This document shows, one piece after another, positions 1-12,429 of a stretch of DNA of 64,000 nt (its first letter is position 1; each line of letters starts with the position of its first letter). Position numbers and translations under genes: made by a program. The notes below the pieces were generated by a model that was given only the letters and a program-made list of their open reading frames with translations, was not told where the DNA came from and did not search any database. This DNA comes from Squalus acanthias. Lineage: Eukaryota. The stretch covers positions 25,980,001 to 26,044,000 of the forward strand of contig CM059433.1 in NCBI GenBank assembly GCA_030390025.1. The letters are read 5' to 3'.

Positions 1-267
1 CTTCTCACTTTTGTCCACCCCAGTCCAACACAGCATATCTCCGCATCATATTACAAGGAGATACACTTCATCAAAAGACACGGTCCTGAATGGGATGAAA
101 TTATGATAAACATTCTATTGACCATAGAAATTTAATGTCAAGTCTGATAAACATAAGTTTTAAAAGCTAATCAGCACAAAGTATGGATTCAAAACATTCT
201 GATAGCAGTGATCAGGGAAAGGTTAAAGGGGCCATTGATTTATTGGAGAAATATTATTAAACATTAG

Positions 268-412
268 TGGCGGGAATTTCCTCGGGGCTTCTCCTGTTCC
301 GCCACCATAACTTTGGCGTAAGTCTGGTAGAAACCCTATGTACGGGTGTAAACAGGGATTCTGCCGAAGTCACGGCAGCAAAGCGGGAGAAGCCCTGAGG
401 AAATTCTCAGCA
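268..412. mobile_element. Small hairpin MITE, Harbinger-like
   Basis: Arms GGGAATTTCCTCGGGGCTTCTCC and GGAGAAGCCCTGAGGAAATTCTC are near reverse complements; 3-bp TAG flanks both sides (265-267, 413-415). Confidence 0.7.
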
Positions 413-1034
413 TAGTTGAATCTCAGTGGATTTCGATCCTGGATTATTATTTCAGAACTGACTGTGCTTTATTAGGACATTATGTAGATCAAGGCCAATG
501 TTTTCATTTTGGCGTAATGATTGGAGCCTTGTGTTGCCAGCAATAACATGGAACCAAGAGCGCAATTGGACAGCATTTGCTCCAATTCCATATGAATAAC
601 ATCATTTGTTGGATAACGTGTATGCCGTACAAGTGGGTGTATGGGTCAGGAGAGAAGCGGCTCAGCACTTTTTGTGCAGGACCCCATCAATATTCCCCTC
701 ACACAAAGGATTGAAAGCCTTGTTGCTCGAGTAGCAGCTGAGACCTCGAAACTTGGAACTGCTGCTAGCACAAGGAATGTATGCTCTCCTGTCCCCCACA
801 ATAGGGTTGAGGGTGATGAAGAGATATAAAAACATGGACAGCCAGATGTTTCATATTTGCTGTACGCATAACATCTTATTGGCACCGACTCAAACATGAT
901 GGCTGAGGAACAGCAAAGTTCAGCTTCTGTGCAGTTTTTACAATGTTACATATTAATTATACTGGAGTACCACTCGTGGTCTATTGGATATGTGCACCAA
1001 TTGTTTTGGTACTAAGCCATGCGGAGCAGTAAGC

Positions 1035-1462
1035 TTCCTGCTTCAGAAAGTCATGGGTTAAAGCCCCATTGCAGGGCTCGAGCAACATAAGCTAGGCTGA
1101 CACTTCAGTGCAGCACTGAAGGAGCACTGCACTGTCGGATGAGACATTAAAGTGAGGCCTGATCTGCCCTCGCAGGTGGAAGTAGTAAAAGATCGCACGG
1201 CACTATTCAAAGAAGAGCAGGGGAATACACTCAATGTCCTGGGCAACATTTATCACTCAACCAAACACTGCCAAAAACAGATGCACTGGTCATTTATGTC
1301 TTGTTGTTTGTGGGACCTTGCTGTGTGCAAGTTGGCTGCTGTGTTTGCCTACATTACCAGAGCAACTTCACTTCAGAAATAATTCATTGGCGGTGAGCTG
1401 CTTTGCGATGTCCTGAGGACGTGAAAGGAGAGATATAAATGCAATTTCTTTCTTTTGTTTCT
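1035..1462 (+). mobile_element. Deu-type (SacSINE1-like) SINE, decayed
   Basis: Same body (CTGAAGGAGCACTGCACTGTCGG...GAAGAGCAGGGG...TTTGTGGGACCTTGCTGTG) and GTGAAAGG...TATAAATGCAA tail as the copy at 40013. Confidence 0.7.
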
Positions 1463-1465
1463 TCT

Positions 1466-2513
1466 CAATCACCAGTCAATACCGAGGAGGACTGCAACAA
1501 GTTACAGGAGGGCATTAATAAACTTGCAGAATGGGCATATAATTGGCAAATGAAGTTCAACACAGATAAATGTGAAGTATTACATATTAGTAGGAAGAAT
1601 AGGGAGGTCACTTATCACTTGGAGGGTGCGAGTCTAGGTAGGGTAGAGGAACAAAGGGTTCTAAGAATACAAATACACAAATCACTAAAAGTTGCAACAC
1701 AGGTTAACAAGGCCATAAAAAAAGCAAAGCAAGCACTAGGGTTTATTTCTAGAGGGATAGAATTGAAAAGTAGGGAAGTTATGCTAAAACGATAACAAAA
1801 TACTGCGGATGCTGGAAATCCGAAATAACAACAGAAAACGCTGGAAAAACTCAGCAGGCCAGGCAGCATCCGTGGAGAGAGAAACAGAGTTAACGTTTCA
1901 GGTCGAAGACCTTTCGTCAGAAGTTATGCTAAACCTGTATTGAACCTTGGTTAGACCACACTTGGAGTACTGCGTACAGTTCTGGTCGCCATATTATAAA
2001 AAGGATACAGAGGCACTGGAGAGGGTTCAGAGAAGATTTACAAGGATGATACCAGAAATGCGAGGGTATACATATCAGGAAAGGAGGCTGGGTCTCTTCT
2101 CTTGAAAAAAGAAGGCTGAGGGGTGACCTAATAGAGGTCTTTAAAATTATGAAAAATGTTGATAGAGTGGATACAGAGAGAATGTTTCCACTTGTGGGGA
2201 AGAGCATAACTAGAGGCCATCAATATAAGATAGTCACCAAGAAATCCAATAGGGAATTCAGAAGAAACTTCTTTACCCAAAGAGTGGTGAGAATGTGGAA
2301 CTCGCTACCACAGGGAATGGTTGAAGCGAATAGTATAGATGCATTTAAGGGGAGGCTAGAGAAGCATATGAGGGAGAAGGGAATAGAGGGTTATGCTGAT
2401 AGATTTAGATGAGGAAAGACGGGAGGAGGCTCGTGTGGAGCATAAACGCCGGCATGGACTGGTTGGGCCGAATGGCCTGTTTCTGTGCCGTATATCCTAT
2501 GTAATCCTATGTA
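1466..2513 (+). mobile_element. CR1 LINE 3' portion (end of ORF2 plus 3' UTR), interrupted at 1789-1919
   Basis: Peptides WQMKFNTDKCEVLH, LVRPHLEYCVQFW, RRNFFTQRVVRMWNSLP; ends in (CCTATGTAAT)n tail. Confidence 0.9.
1789..1922 (-). mobile_element. Penelope-like short repeat with minimal hammerhead ribozyme core
   Basis: Minus strand reads TTCTGACGAAAGGTCTTCGACCTGAAACGTTAACTCTG...; flanked by a 14-bp duplication GAAGTTATGCTAAA (1775-1788, 1920-1933) inside the CR1. Confidence 0.75.
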
Positions 2514-2857
2514 GTCTGTACTAAGTTTGCAAATCACAGCCTGTGTGGCAGTAGGGACACTACAATTGGCTTCATCATTCCTCTGCTACTGAAGAGAAAA
2601 AACATTAACTCCATTTTCCTTTCAGCACTCCACTCAGGTCACTCAGTATCTAGCAATGGTAATTAAAGAAAGTAAAAAAGAAAGACTTTCATTCCTTACC
2701 ACTCAAATTGAGCAGCAGATAAGCCCCTCTCCAGATACAAAAATAATCAAAAAGGCTGATGCAATATTGGCCGTTATCCAATAGGTTTGGAATGCAAAAG
2801 TGAGGATGTGATGCTTCAGTTATACAAAGCCTTGGTCAGAGCCTATCTGGAGCACTA

Positions 2858-3240
2858 AAAGAAAGACTTGCATTTATATAGCGCCTTTCACGACCACCGG
2901 ACGTCCCAAAGCACTTCACAGCCAATGAAGTACTTTTAAAGTGTAGTCACTGTTGTAATGTAGGAAACGTGGCAGCCAATTTGCGCACAGCAAGATCCCA
3001 CAAACAGCAATGTGATAATGATCAGATCATCTATTTTTAAGGTGTTGATTGAGGGATGTATATTGGACAGGACACCGGGGAGAACTCTCCTGCTCTGAGA
3101 GGGCAGACGGTCCAAAGGTCCAGCTCTCCCTCAGTACTGCACTGAAGTGTCGGCCTAGATTTTACACTCAAGTCCCTGGAATGAGACTTGAACCCCCCAA
3201 GCTTCTGACTCAGAGGCGAGAACTGAGCCACGGCTGACAC
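2858..3240 (-). mobile_element. Deu-type SINE with tRNA-like head
   Basis: Reverse complement has GTGGCTCAG (A-box) and GGTTCAAGTC (B-box-like) head and GGCGCTATATAAATGCAAGTCTTTC tail. Confidence 0.8.
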
Positions 3241-3314
3241 AAATAAGGCAAATAAGATGTCTAGCACACTGAATAGAACACAAATCACATGATGTGATAC
3301 TGCCCCTCATCCTC

Positions 3315-3790
3315 ATTTGGGTGTCCTGCGCAACATTTATCACTCAACCAAACACTGCCAAAAACAGATGCACTGGTCATTTATCTCCTCGCTGTTTGTG
3401 GGGCCTTGCTGTGAGCCAGCTGGCTGCTCTGTTTGTCTACATCACCAGATCGACTTCACTTCAAAAATAATTCATCTGGAGTACTGTGTGCAGTTCTGGT
3501 CACCATATTACAGCAAGGACATCATTGCACTAGAAAAGGTACAGCAAAAAGGGCTAGCCATCTGATACCTGGTATCAGACACCTGAGCTACAAGGAGAGA
3601 CTACAGAAGCTGAATACGTTGCACTAGAGAAGACTGTGAGGAAATCTTATTGAGTTTTTCAAGATCCTTATGGTAGCAAGTTGAAGCCTGAGAAGTTGAG
3701 CCCTGTGAATTACAGAGTATGAAGCTCAGAAGGAAGGTAGATGGACAGAGCAGTTCTAGCCATTTCACACACAGAGCGAATCAATTGAGG
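3315..3790 (+). mobile_element. SINE fragment followed by decayed CR1 ORF2 fragment
   Basis: 3315-3476 matches 1235-1385; then HLEYCVQFWSPYY and LSYKERLQKL peptides. Confidence 0.6.
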
Positions 3791-4735
3791 GATATAGGCA
3801 ATGAAGTGTGTATTCAGTTTTTGAACTTTGGGGCTGGACTGACGGACCAAAATGACAAATTGTGATCCTGTTGACTCCTCTATGTTGTTGAAACCAAACT
3901 ACATCGTTACTGAGTTGTAGCATTCTTGTGCCTATTATAATAAAATAGAGGTGCCTGTGTCATTTCATTTTAGTTTTCAAATTCAGAACAAGCTTCCATC
4001 ATTTTTTTGTTAGTAATTTGATGGAAATGATCCGATCAATAGGATGGTTTCAGTGCTATCAGGGTATCTCAATAAACTGTTTTCCATTTCACCTAGATGT
4101 GCCTGTCAGTGCCGCTCTTGTGACATTCAGTGAGAAGGAAAGTATTCCCTAATATAGCGGTCAGTCGAAGCTGGGCCTACGAGAACCAGACAGACTCCTC
4201 ATTAACATACTTTACAACATACATTGAAGGGAAACTTCCTGCTAAAAAAAGTCAACCCTGAGGATTTTCAGCAACGAAAGAAAAAGCAAATGGCCAAATA
4301 TATTTACCTTTCATAAACGAGAAATGCTGTAGTATAGTGTAATTATGCATAGAACTAAAAGCATATAAAGAACATTTCAAAGAGATTAGCTTTAATGAGC
4401 TGCTTAATCTGTTTTATAGAGGAAGCTCATTTAAAAGCTTGTGGGGATGCATTCCAAGAGATAACTATTATACCCTAATGAAGACTTTGGAAATGTGTTT
4501 TTCATTAAGGCAGCTCAAGATTCAAAGTATCTAGTTTCCCATCTGATTTTTCCTGTCATATCCTCCCCCAACCACCAACAGAGAGATGTCTGGTCTTTGC
4601 CTGGTACATCCTGACTGGGTGTAACTGAGGCAGGGATTAAATCTGCACCGCAGTACTCCACAGTACTGTGCTGGTGCTCGAGTGCTGTAGTGTCTTGTAT
4701 CAGCACACTGCCCTCTATTGAGAGGTTGACTTAAA

Positions 4736-4911
4736 GGCCTAAACATTCATCTCGGGCGGTGGTGCCAAACGGGCGGTATCGGATCGGCCGCCCGTTATAC
4801 ACAGCGCCCGATATTGACTGCAATAGAACTGAATATCAGGCGCTGTGTATAACGGGCGGCCGGTCCGATACCGCTCATTTTGCGCCACGGTCCGAGACGA
4901 ATTTCTACCCC
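4736..4911. mobile_element. Long-hairpin MITE, Harbinger-like termini
   Basis: Near-perfect internal palindrome (GCGGTATCGGATCGGCCGCCCGTTATACACAGCGCC versus GGCGCTGTGTATAACGGGCGGCCGGTCCGATACCGC); right end reads GGGGTAGAAATT on the minus strand; AAA on both flanks. Confidence 0.8.
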
Positions 4912-5139
4912 AAAAACTTTGCAGATTTCTTCAAATTAGGGTAGTTTGCACACATTAATAGTCAGTGAGCCAAAGAAAGTCTATATTGAATAGAAAGTAA
5001 TGTAGAAACAATGGATGGCCGAGAAGATATATTGTCAGTGTTCCTTCTTAGATGTGGGATTCTGCATTTCACAGGCCTCTGAATATGGAGAATGATACTT
5101 CAGAAACTGTCATTTTTACAAGGTTTAGGAGCAATACCA

Positions 5140-5545
5140 TTTAAGTGACGACCATGCCCTTTAAATGTTTTCTTTTTCAGATATTTATCCACTTCCCTTT
5201 TAAAAAGCTGTTACAGATTCTGCTTCCACCATTGCTTGTGGTAGGGCACTACATAGCTAGAACAATCCTCTGTACGAAAGAAAATTCAACTAATCTTTCT
5301 CTTCATTCTTTTGCTGATGCCCTCCAGTTCCCAGCTCACCGAGTCGTGGAAATAGTTTTACTCCAATTGCCTGATTCGTAATTCAGATGTCTTCTCAGTC
5401 TTCCTTGTTCAAATGAAAACAGCCTCATTTTCACTGGTTGATCCTCGTAACTCATGCTTCCCATCACTCGTATCATTTTAGTGAACCTTTTCCGCACCCT
5501 CCCTATGGCCTTGACATCCTTTCCTAAAGCACAGCACCCAGAGCT
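5140..5545 (-). mobile_element. Old decayed CR1 fragment
   Basis: Residual similarity to the CR1 3' region of other copies (GGCCTTGACATCCTTTCCTAAAG...CACCCAGA). Confidence 0.45.
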
Positions 5546-6165
5546 CAGATGACTGAGATACCAAAGTCACCATAAAACTAAAATGCACAGGATACAGGGC
5601 AAATTAAGACAGGTTGTTTTAAACATTGCAGTGGCAAGGAATAAACTGGGGAGGCAATAAGAGTTAAGAGCGATATGGGGATAGAAATTGTTGTGCAATT
5701 TGCACGTTTTCTGGATCCAAAATGGGCATCACAAAGTCAAATTCCACACTGGAACGGCATCAGAAGTCCACCTGACGCCATATTGGTTTGAGTGCTCACT
5801 CGGCATCCCTGCCGCTCGTCTCAAACAAATGTAGGCATCGTTAAAATATGTTAGTAAGGGTCCCGTGCCGGAATCAGACCCTTTTGTGAAACTGGTGCCC
5901 ATGCATGCATGAAATGTCACTTCCTGAACCTGCCCAGCACATCATGGTGGGAACAGTCGGCAAGCAGCTTTCACAAGTGATATTTAAAGCCATCTTCACC
6001 TCCATTAAGGTAAGTCTCTAGTTAGTCATTTTCGGCTTCCAGGGCACTTTTGGACCATGTTTTTGGATGTTTTGGCAAGTGTTTGTCTATGAGATATTCT
6101 TTCGGAGTGAGTTTGTGGAGGACAGGAACTGTTTCACAGGATCTGCTCGTTCTGAATTATTGAAC

Positions 6166-6900
6166 ATGGGAATGCTGCTGGGCTGATCATTTAGGCTCCT
6201 AAATCAGTAGGAGGAGAAGCAGCAAGGAAGGCAGCAAAGACCTGAACAGGCTGCAAGAAGAGGGCGAAGGAGGCAAGGGAGCAGGAGGCCTTACAGAATG
6301 CGGGTCTTCAGGAGGAGAACGTCATGCCTGAACCTCACAGCGGAGCAGTGCTTAAGGTGGCTGTGTTTCAATGGGGAGACGGTCACTTACCTGTGCCGTT
6401 TGTTGGAGCGGGAATTGGAGCCCGACTCCAGAGCATGCACTGCACTGCCTATGGCAGCACAGGTCACCGTGGCTCGAAATCTTTCTGCCTCTGGCTCCTC
6501 CCAAACTGCTCTGGGGACATCAGCAACATCAGTCAGTTTTCTGTGCACGACGGTGATCTGGCAGGTCACTGATGCACTGTTTGCAAGGCCTCAATAACCC
6601 ATCTGTTCCACCCAGACCACAGGGTGGCAGGCTGGCTGCTGGGGCTATCTTCTCACCAACTGGCTCATGACTCCTGTCTGGAGTCCAGACACAGACGCCA
6701 AACGTTGATATAATGAGAGACATTGAGCAAACCATTGGCATCTAGAAACAATGGTTCTGCTGTCTGGACTGCTTGCGGGGAGTCCTTCAGTACAGCCCAG
6801 AGCCAGTGTTAAGATTCATAATTGTTTGCTGCATGCTGCACAATCCTGCAACACAAAGGGGATTGTGAACTTCAACTGAGGGCACTTGAGGTAGCCGTGC
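6166..6900 (+). pseudogene. Harbinger transposase pseudogene (element 1)
   Basis: LNLTAEQCLRWLCF...LCRLLE, QVTVARNLSASGS, GWLL, IEQTIG motifs align with the intact copy at 60328; frameshifts and a large central deletion. Confidence 0.8.
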
Positions 6901-7661
6901 TGGGCAACGTGGAATCATAGAATTATAGAATCATAGAAATTTATGGCACAGAAGGAGGCCATTTAGCCCATCATGTCTGTGCCAGCCGAAAAAGAGCTCT
7001 CGAGGCTAATCCCACTTTCCAGCTCTTGGTCCATAGCCCTGTAGGTTACGGCACTTCAAGTGCATATCCAAGTACTTTTTAAATGTGATGAGGGTTTCTG
7101 CCTCTACCACCCTTTCAGGCAGTGAGTTCCAGACCCCCACCACTCTCTGGGTGAAAACTTTCTCCTCAACTCCCCTCTAATCCTTCTACCCATTACTTTA
7201 AATCTAAAGTAATGCCCCTTGGTTATTGACCTCCCTGCTAAGGGAAATAGGTCCTTCCTATCCACTCTATCTAGGCCCCTCATAAGTTTATACACCTCAA
7301 TTAAGTCTTCCCACAGTCTCCTCTGTTCCAAAGAAAACAACCCCAGCCTATCCAATCTTTCCTCATAACTAAAATTCCCCAGCCCAGGCAACATCCTCTT
7401 AAATCTCCTCTGCACCCCCTCTAGTGTAATCACATCCTTCCTGTAATGTGGTGACCAGAACTGCACGCAGTATTCTAGCTGCGGCCTAATTAGTGTTTTA
7501 TACAGTTCAAGTATAACCTCCCTGCTCTTATATTCTATGCCTCGGCTAATAAAGGAAAGTATCCCATATGCGTTCTTAATCACCTTATCTACCTGTCCTG
7601 CTACCTTCAAAGATCTGTGGACATGCACTCCTCTACACTTCTCAGTATCCTACCATTTATT

Positions 7662-8426
7662 GGGCCTGAATTTGCGATCGGAGGCTTCCCACAGGCAGAT
7701 GCCTCTGATCATAAAATTTTCTACGCATTTACCTGGTGGTCCGGGAGATACAGAGGCTTGTGATCCTGGGCCTCTCCTGGTAGAAATGCGTAGAGGCCCA
7801 CGTATCCCAGGGGCGCATGCGGTTCGCAAGCGCTCCTGGGATCACGTGGGCCAGCCCAACCAATGAAAGAAGGGAATCCCCATTCATACTTTTGACAGTT
7901 CTGTACGTACAGAACTGTCATAAGTATGAATGGGGATGACTTCAAAAATACACGAACACATGTAATATTTTTTTTAATTATATGTATAAAATTAATTAAA
8001 ATGCATTTAATTAATTATTTTAAACAAAATTTAAAATTTTTGAAAAAAACATTTATATGTTTTAACGGGGCTAAGAATAAACTTACCTTATTGGACAGGG
8101 TTTTTAATGTATAAGTGAGTGATAAAATATTACTTTTTCTATTTTTTAAAACTCTTATGCTGGTAAAACCAGGCCTTATGCCGCTTTTACCAGGCATAAG
8201 AATTCCACGGCCGTTCAGCAGGCAGAAGTTGTGCAAATAGCGCAACTCTCCCCCCGCAGAGGCCCTTTTCCTGGGGATGCGGAGGATCTGTCGAGAAGAT
8301 TCTTGACAGATCGCAAGTGCTGGGTTTTAGCGCGTGCGCTTCGCATGCCTAAACCCGGCACTTGCGCGGCCCCTATGGGTGCGTGCGCACCTCGTACACA
8401 CCCGTAGGGGTCACAAAATAGGGCCC
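7662..8426 (+). mobile_element. Non-autonomous MITE with AT-rich core, copy A
   Basis: Termini GGGCCTGAATTT / GGGCCCTATTTT, flanks ATT/AAT, splits the CR1; an inverted homologous copy lies at 50327-51085. Confidence 0.8.
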
Positions 8427-8626
8427 AATGTGTATTCCCTTGCTTGTTAGCCCTCCCCAAATGCATTACCTCACACTTCTCCAGACTGAATTCCATTTGC
8501 CACTTTTCTGCCCACGTGACCAGTCCATTGATATCTTACTGCAGGCTACAGCTTTCTTCCTCACTATCAGCCACACGGCCACTTTTTGTATCATCTGCAA
8601 ACTTCTTAATCATGCCCCCTACATTG

Positions 8627-9040
8627 AAAGAAAGACAGACTTGCATTGAAATAGCACCTTTCACCACCACCACCGGATGTCTCAAAGCGCTTTACAACCA
8701 ATGAAGCACTTTTGGAGTGTAGTCACTGTTGTAATGCAGGAAACACGGCAGCCAATTTACACACAGCAAGCTCCCACAAACAGCAATGTGATAATGACCA
8801 GATAATCTGTTTTTGTTATGTTGATTGAGGGATAAATTTTGGCCAGGACACCGGGGATAACGCCGCTGCTCTTATTCGAAATAGTGCCGTTCGATCTTTT
8901 ACGTCCACCTGAGAGAGCAGTTGGGGCCTCAGTTTAACAGCTCATCTGAAAGATGGCACCTCCAACAGTGCAGCACTCCCTCAGCACTGCACTGGAGTGT
9001 CAGCCTAGATATTTGTGCTCAAGTCTCTGGAGTGGGAGAC
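8627..9040 (-). mobile_element. Deu-type SINE inserted in CR1
   Basis: Reverse complement of the SINE body and tail seen at 40013-40463. Confidence 0.8.
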
Positions 9041-9529
9041 TAAATCATTGATATATACCCCAAAAAACAAGAGCCCTGCAAAACCCCACTGGAAGCAGCC
9101 TTCCAGTCACAAAAACACCCAATTTTGGATCCAACTTGTCGCTTTCCCTTCAATCCCTGGGCTTTTACTTTTCTGACCAGTCTGCCATATGAGATCTTGT
9201 CAAAAGCACTGCTAAAATCCATGTAGACCACATCAAATGCGCTACCCTCATCAACCCTCCTTGTTACCTCCTCAAAATATTCAACCAAGTTAGTTAGACA
9301 TGACCTTCCCTTAATAAATCCATGCTGACTGTCCTTGATTAATCTGTGCCTTTCTTAATGACGATTAATACTGTCCCTCAGAGTTTTTTCCAATAATTTG
9401 CCCACCACCAAGGATAGGCTGCCTAGCCTGTAATCGCTCGGTCTATCCCTTTCTCCCTTTTTAAACAACGGTACAATGTTAGCAGTCCTCCAGTCCTCCA
9501 GCACCATGCCTGTAGCCAGAGAGGATTGG

Positions 9530-11745
9530 ACATGCAGGAGTTCTGGCCGTTGAGGACTCAACTGCAGACTGCTGGGACCCGACTTCAAACGGGGCAGTCT
9601 GACTTGAGAGACTGGTTGAGAGGCTGGCGGGGGAGCAGGTGTGATGTCATCCTGAGAGGACAACAGGTACCTCTCCCCTGCTCTAATGCCATTCTCAGGG
9701 ATCTGAGCCTCAGCACGCCCACTGCTCTGCACAAGAACAGAGTGCAGGCGTGCTGGGTGGCTCTTGAAGTCCCTGTCCATGCTCTACTTCAGGCTTTGTA
9801 AGCCAGACAAGACACTGGGCCCCAGAGCCAAGATGGCAGTAGTCTGAGCTTCCATCGAAGCTGTCAGAGCTGTCACCAGTGGCTCCATCACTTTAAGATC
9901 TCCCGCAGTGCTCATAGAGCTGACCACTCGCTCTACGGTTGACTGCATGGTCTCGATGCCATGCGTGAAGACAGCATAATAGTTGGAGCTGGACTCCTCC
10001 ATGCTCTCCAATATGGTGCTCAAGCTTGCTGGCAGACAGCCAAGCGCCCTTAGAAGGTCCATGTAGATTGCCATCAGTCTTCTTATGCACGGTGGGCCCC
10101 TGATATGTCCAGCTGTACCCTCTGCAGAAGGGCTAGGACGCGAGTTCTCCCTCCGGCGAGCTGCTTCCTTGGCCGTCCTATCTCCTACCCTTACTCCTGT
10201 ATGCTAGCGATGGGCGAATCTCCACGTGCTGACCCCTCTCGCCGACCCTCTGAACTACACGCAGTGCCAGTGTCTGAGCTGGTGTCTGCAAGTGTAAGGT
10301 GGAGTGACGCCTCCTGTTCTGTAGTGCTGGACCTCTTCCTCTTTTTCCTCTTCTTTCGTTCCCCGAGGACTGTGTGGAGCTTCTGGACTTGAAATGCAAG
10401 CAAGGGATAAGGGTGAGCATTTGGAGGCATGGGTAAGCAGAGACAGATGAGCAGCTTCTGAAATCAGCAGCAATTTGTCATGCATAATATGTAAGGGTGA
10501 GACTTCAGTGAGGAGGTATGAGGGGAAGATGGTTTCAAACCCTGCAGGAATTCTCCAGCCTCACCAAATGCCATGCTTCTGACACACCTCCTTGCCCACG
10601 ATGTCCATGACCTGTTCGTCAGGTGGGGTCTGAACATGGATGAAGTGTGGCCCTCCTCCTGTGGCTGCCTGCTTCTTGTGTGAGCTTGTTACTGCAAGAA
10701 AGAAAAAAGTGAATCAGTGTTAGAGTAGCGAGAAGTATTCAGGAATGCATGTCAGGGTAGAATAGTGCTGCTGATGTATGCAAGGTGGCAGAGGTTTGAG
10801 GAGGTGAATGAAGTAACAGTGAGGAGAGTAGCGGGTACAGAGTGATGCAGTAGGAGCAGAGGAGGCGGAGTGAAGTGTGCTGCAGTGATTGCAGGACAGC
10901 GCTGATAATCGGGGGAGGGAAGGTTTTGTGAGTGCTGGGGCTATAGGTAGTGCAAGGCTAAGCAGAGAGTAATGAGAGATATGAGTTAGGAGGCTTATCT
11001 TAGCTAGCCTTGTGAGGTCATGAACTTTTTCCTTCATTGATGCCTTAGAGAGAGTGAAGAGGAGATTTACTAGAATTATACCAGTGATCAACGGCTTTAG
11101 TTATGTGGAGAGACTAGAGAAGCTGGGATTGTTCTCCTCAGAACAGAGAAGGTAAAGGCGGGATTTAATAGAGGTGTTCAAAATTATGAAGGGTGTTGAT
11201 AGAGTAAACAAGGATAAACTGGAGGGTTGGTATCCTGAGGACACAGATTTAAGATAATTATCAAAAGAACCAGGGGGGAGATGAGGATTTTTTTTTTTTA
11301 CACAGCGAGTTGTTATGATCTGGAATGCACTGTCTGAAAAGGTGGAGGAAGCAGATTCAATAGTAACTTTCCAACGGGAATTGGATATATATTTGAAAAG
11401 GAGAGATTTGCAGGGCTATGGGAAAAGGATAGGGGAGTGGGACTAATTGGATAGCTCTTTCAAAGAGCACGATGGGTCAAATGGCCTCCTTCTGTACTGT
11501 ATCATTCTATGATTCTATGTTCTGGGTATAATACTTCTGGCACTGACCAATCTGCCTCCTCTGCCCACCCATGCCGGGCAGCTCACCTTGATATCTTTCT
11601 GCTGTCTGGTGGATAGAAGGTATTCCTCTTCCTGCCGACCACCTCCACTAATACCACCAATGCAGTGCCAGAAAATTGGGGAGACCTTACAGCTTCTGCT
11701 GTACCTGCTATTGTCCCCATCTCCAAAAGAAAGTTGCCTGCAGCC
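9530..11745 (-). pseudogene. Myb/SANT-like partner gene of Harbinger element 1, decayed and split by a CR1
   Basis: Exon-1 remnants (IIPRT / KVHDLTRLAK) either side of the CR1 at 11045-11516; exon-3 motifs LRALGCLPASLSTILESMEESSSN and LSSQDDI match the other partner genes. Confidence 0.7.
11045..11516 (+). mobile_element. CR1 3' fragment
   Basis: [22 protein letters not shown] peptides; ATTCTATGATTCTATG tail. Confidence 0.8.
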
Positions 11746-12429
11746 AAAGTGCACCGCCCCTTTAAGAGGCCAGGCTGCCTTTAAATGGTGTCACCATGCA
11801 CGATATTGACACCACCATTAGGCGAGCTGCTAATGAACAGCCCGAGTAGCACTAGCAATTTCCCCTATTTTATTTTAATTCATCAGGGGGACCAATTTAG
11901 GGCTTTAGTTGCGTTCACGTGATCGGGCGTGCTTTCTGAGCATGGTGCCCATTCTGTGCACAGAAATGGACTTAAACCAATTTTTACCCCATGGAATTTG
12001 AAAGAAGGCAGAAACAAAGATAGAAAAAAAAATTAGCTCCAAACCTTTGTGCAATTTGATAAGAGTTCCCCATTTAGTGTGTTGTTGATATAAAAGGTAT
12101 GGGGCACTTGATTGCTAATGAACATAAATTCAACTGATGCTACACAAGGTTATACATTAGTAATGAAAAGTTTAATACAAATTAATCTCTCCCAGCAGCT
12201 TGTTCTCTCGCCCCTGGAAAGCACTAGTGACCAAACTTGTGGAGCTTTCTAATATTACTGAGCAAACATGGAACTAAATGCAGCATGAAGTTCTCTCTTT
12301 AAATCCCGGATGCTGTGATACTTGCCACAGATGCGCTACACTCAGCATATGGCACATCAATGCACTTCATTTGTAGTGCTGCTGGTGTGTTCTCAGCACT
12401 AAAAGAAACCTCTTCACTGTGTGCTCAGG

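Larger units (their letters stand above)
6912..9530 (-). mobile_element. CR1 LINE fragment nested in Harbinger element 1
   Basis: ORFs 7104-7628 (LEYCVQFWSPHY), 9040-9288 (DVVYMDFSSAFDK) and DWRTANIVPLFKKG; (TTCTATGA)n tail at about 6915-6940. Confidence 0.9.
5678..11990. mobile_element. Harbinger element 1 (decayed, with nested CR1, MITE and SINE insertions)
   Basis: Imperfect TIRs GGGATAGAAATTG / GGGGTAAAAATTG, ATG on both flanks (5675-5677, 11991-11993); transposase remnant on + and Myb remnant on -. Confidence 0.8.

Noticed and set aside
646..897. hAT dimerisation-domain remnant (LLWGTGEHTFLVLAAV)
   Set aside because: Resemblance is too short and weak to support without a profile search.
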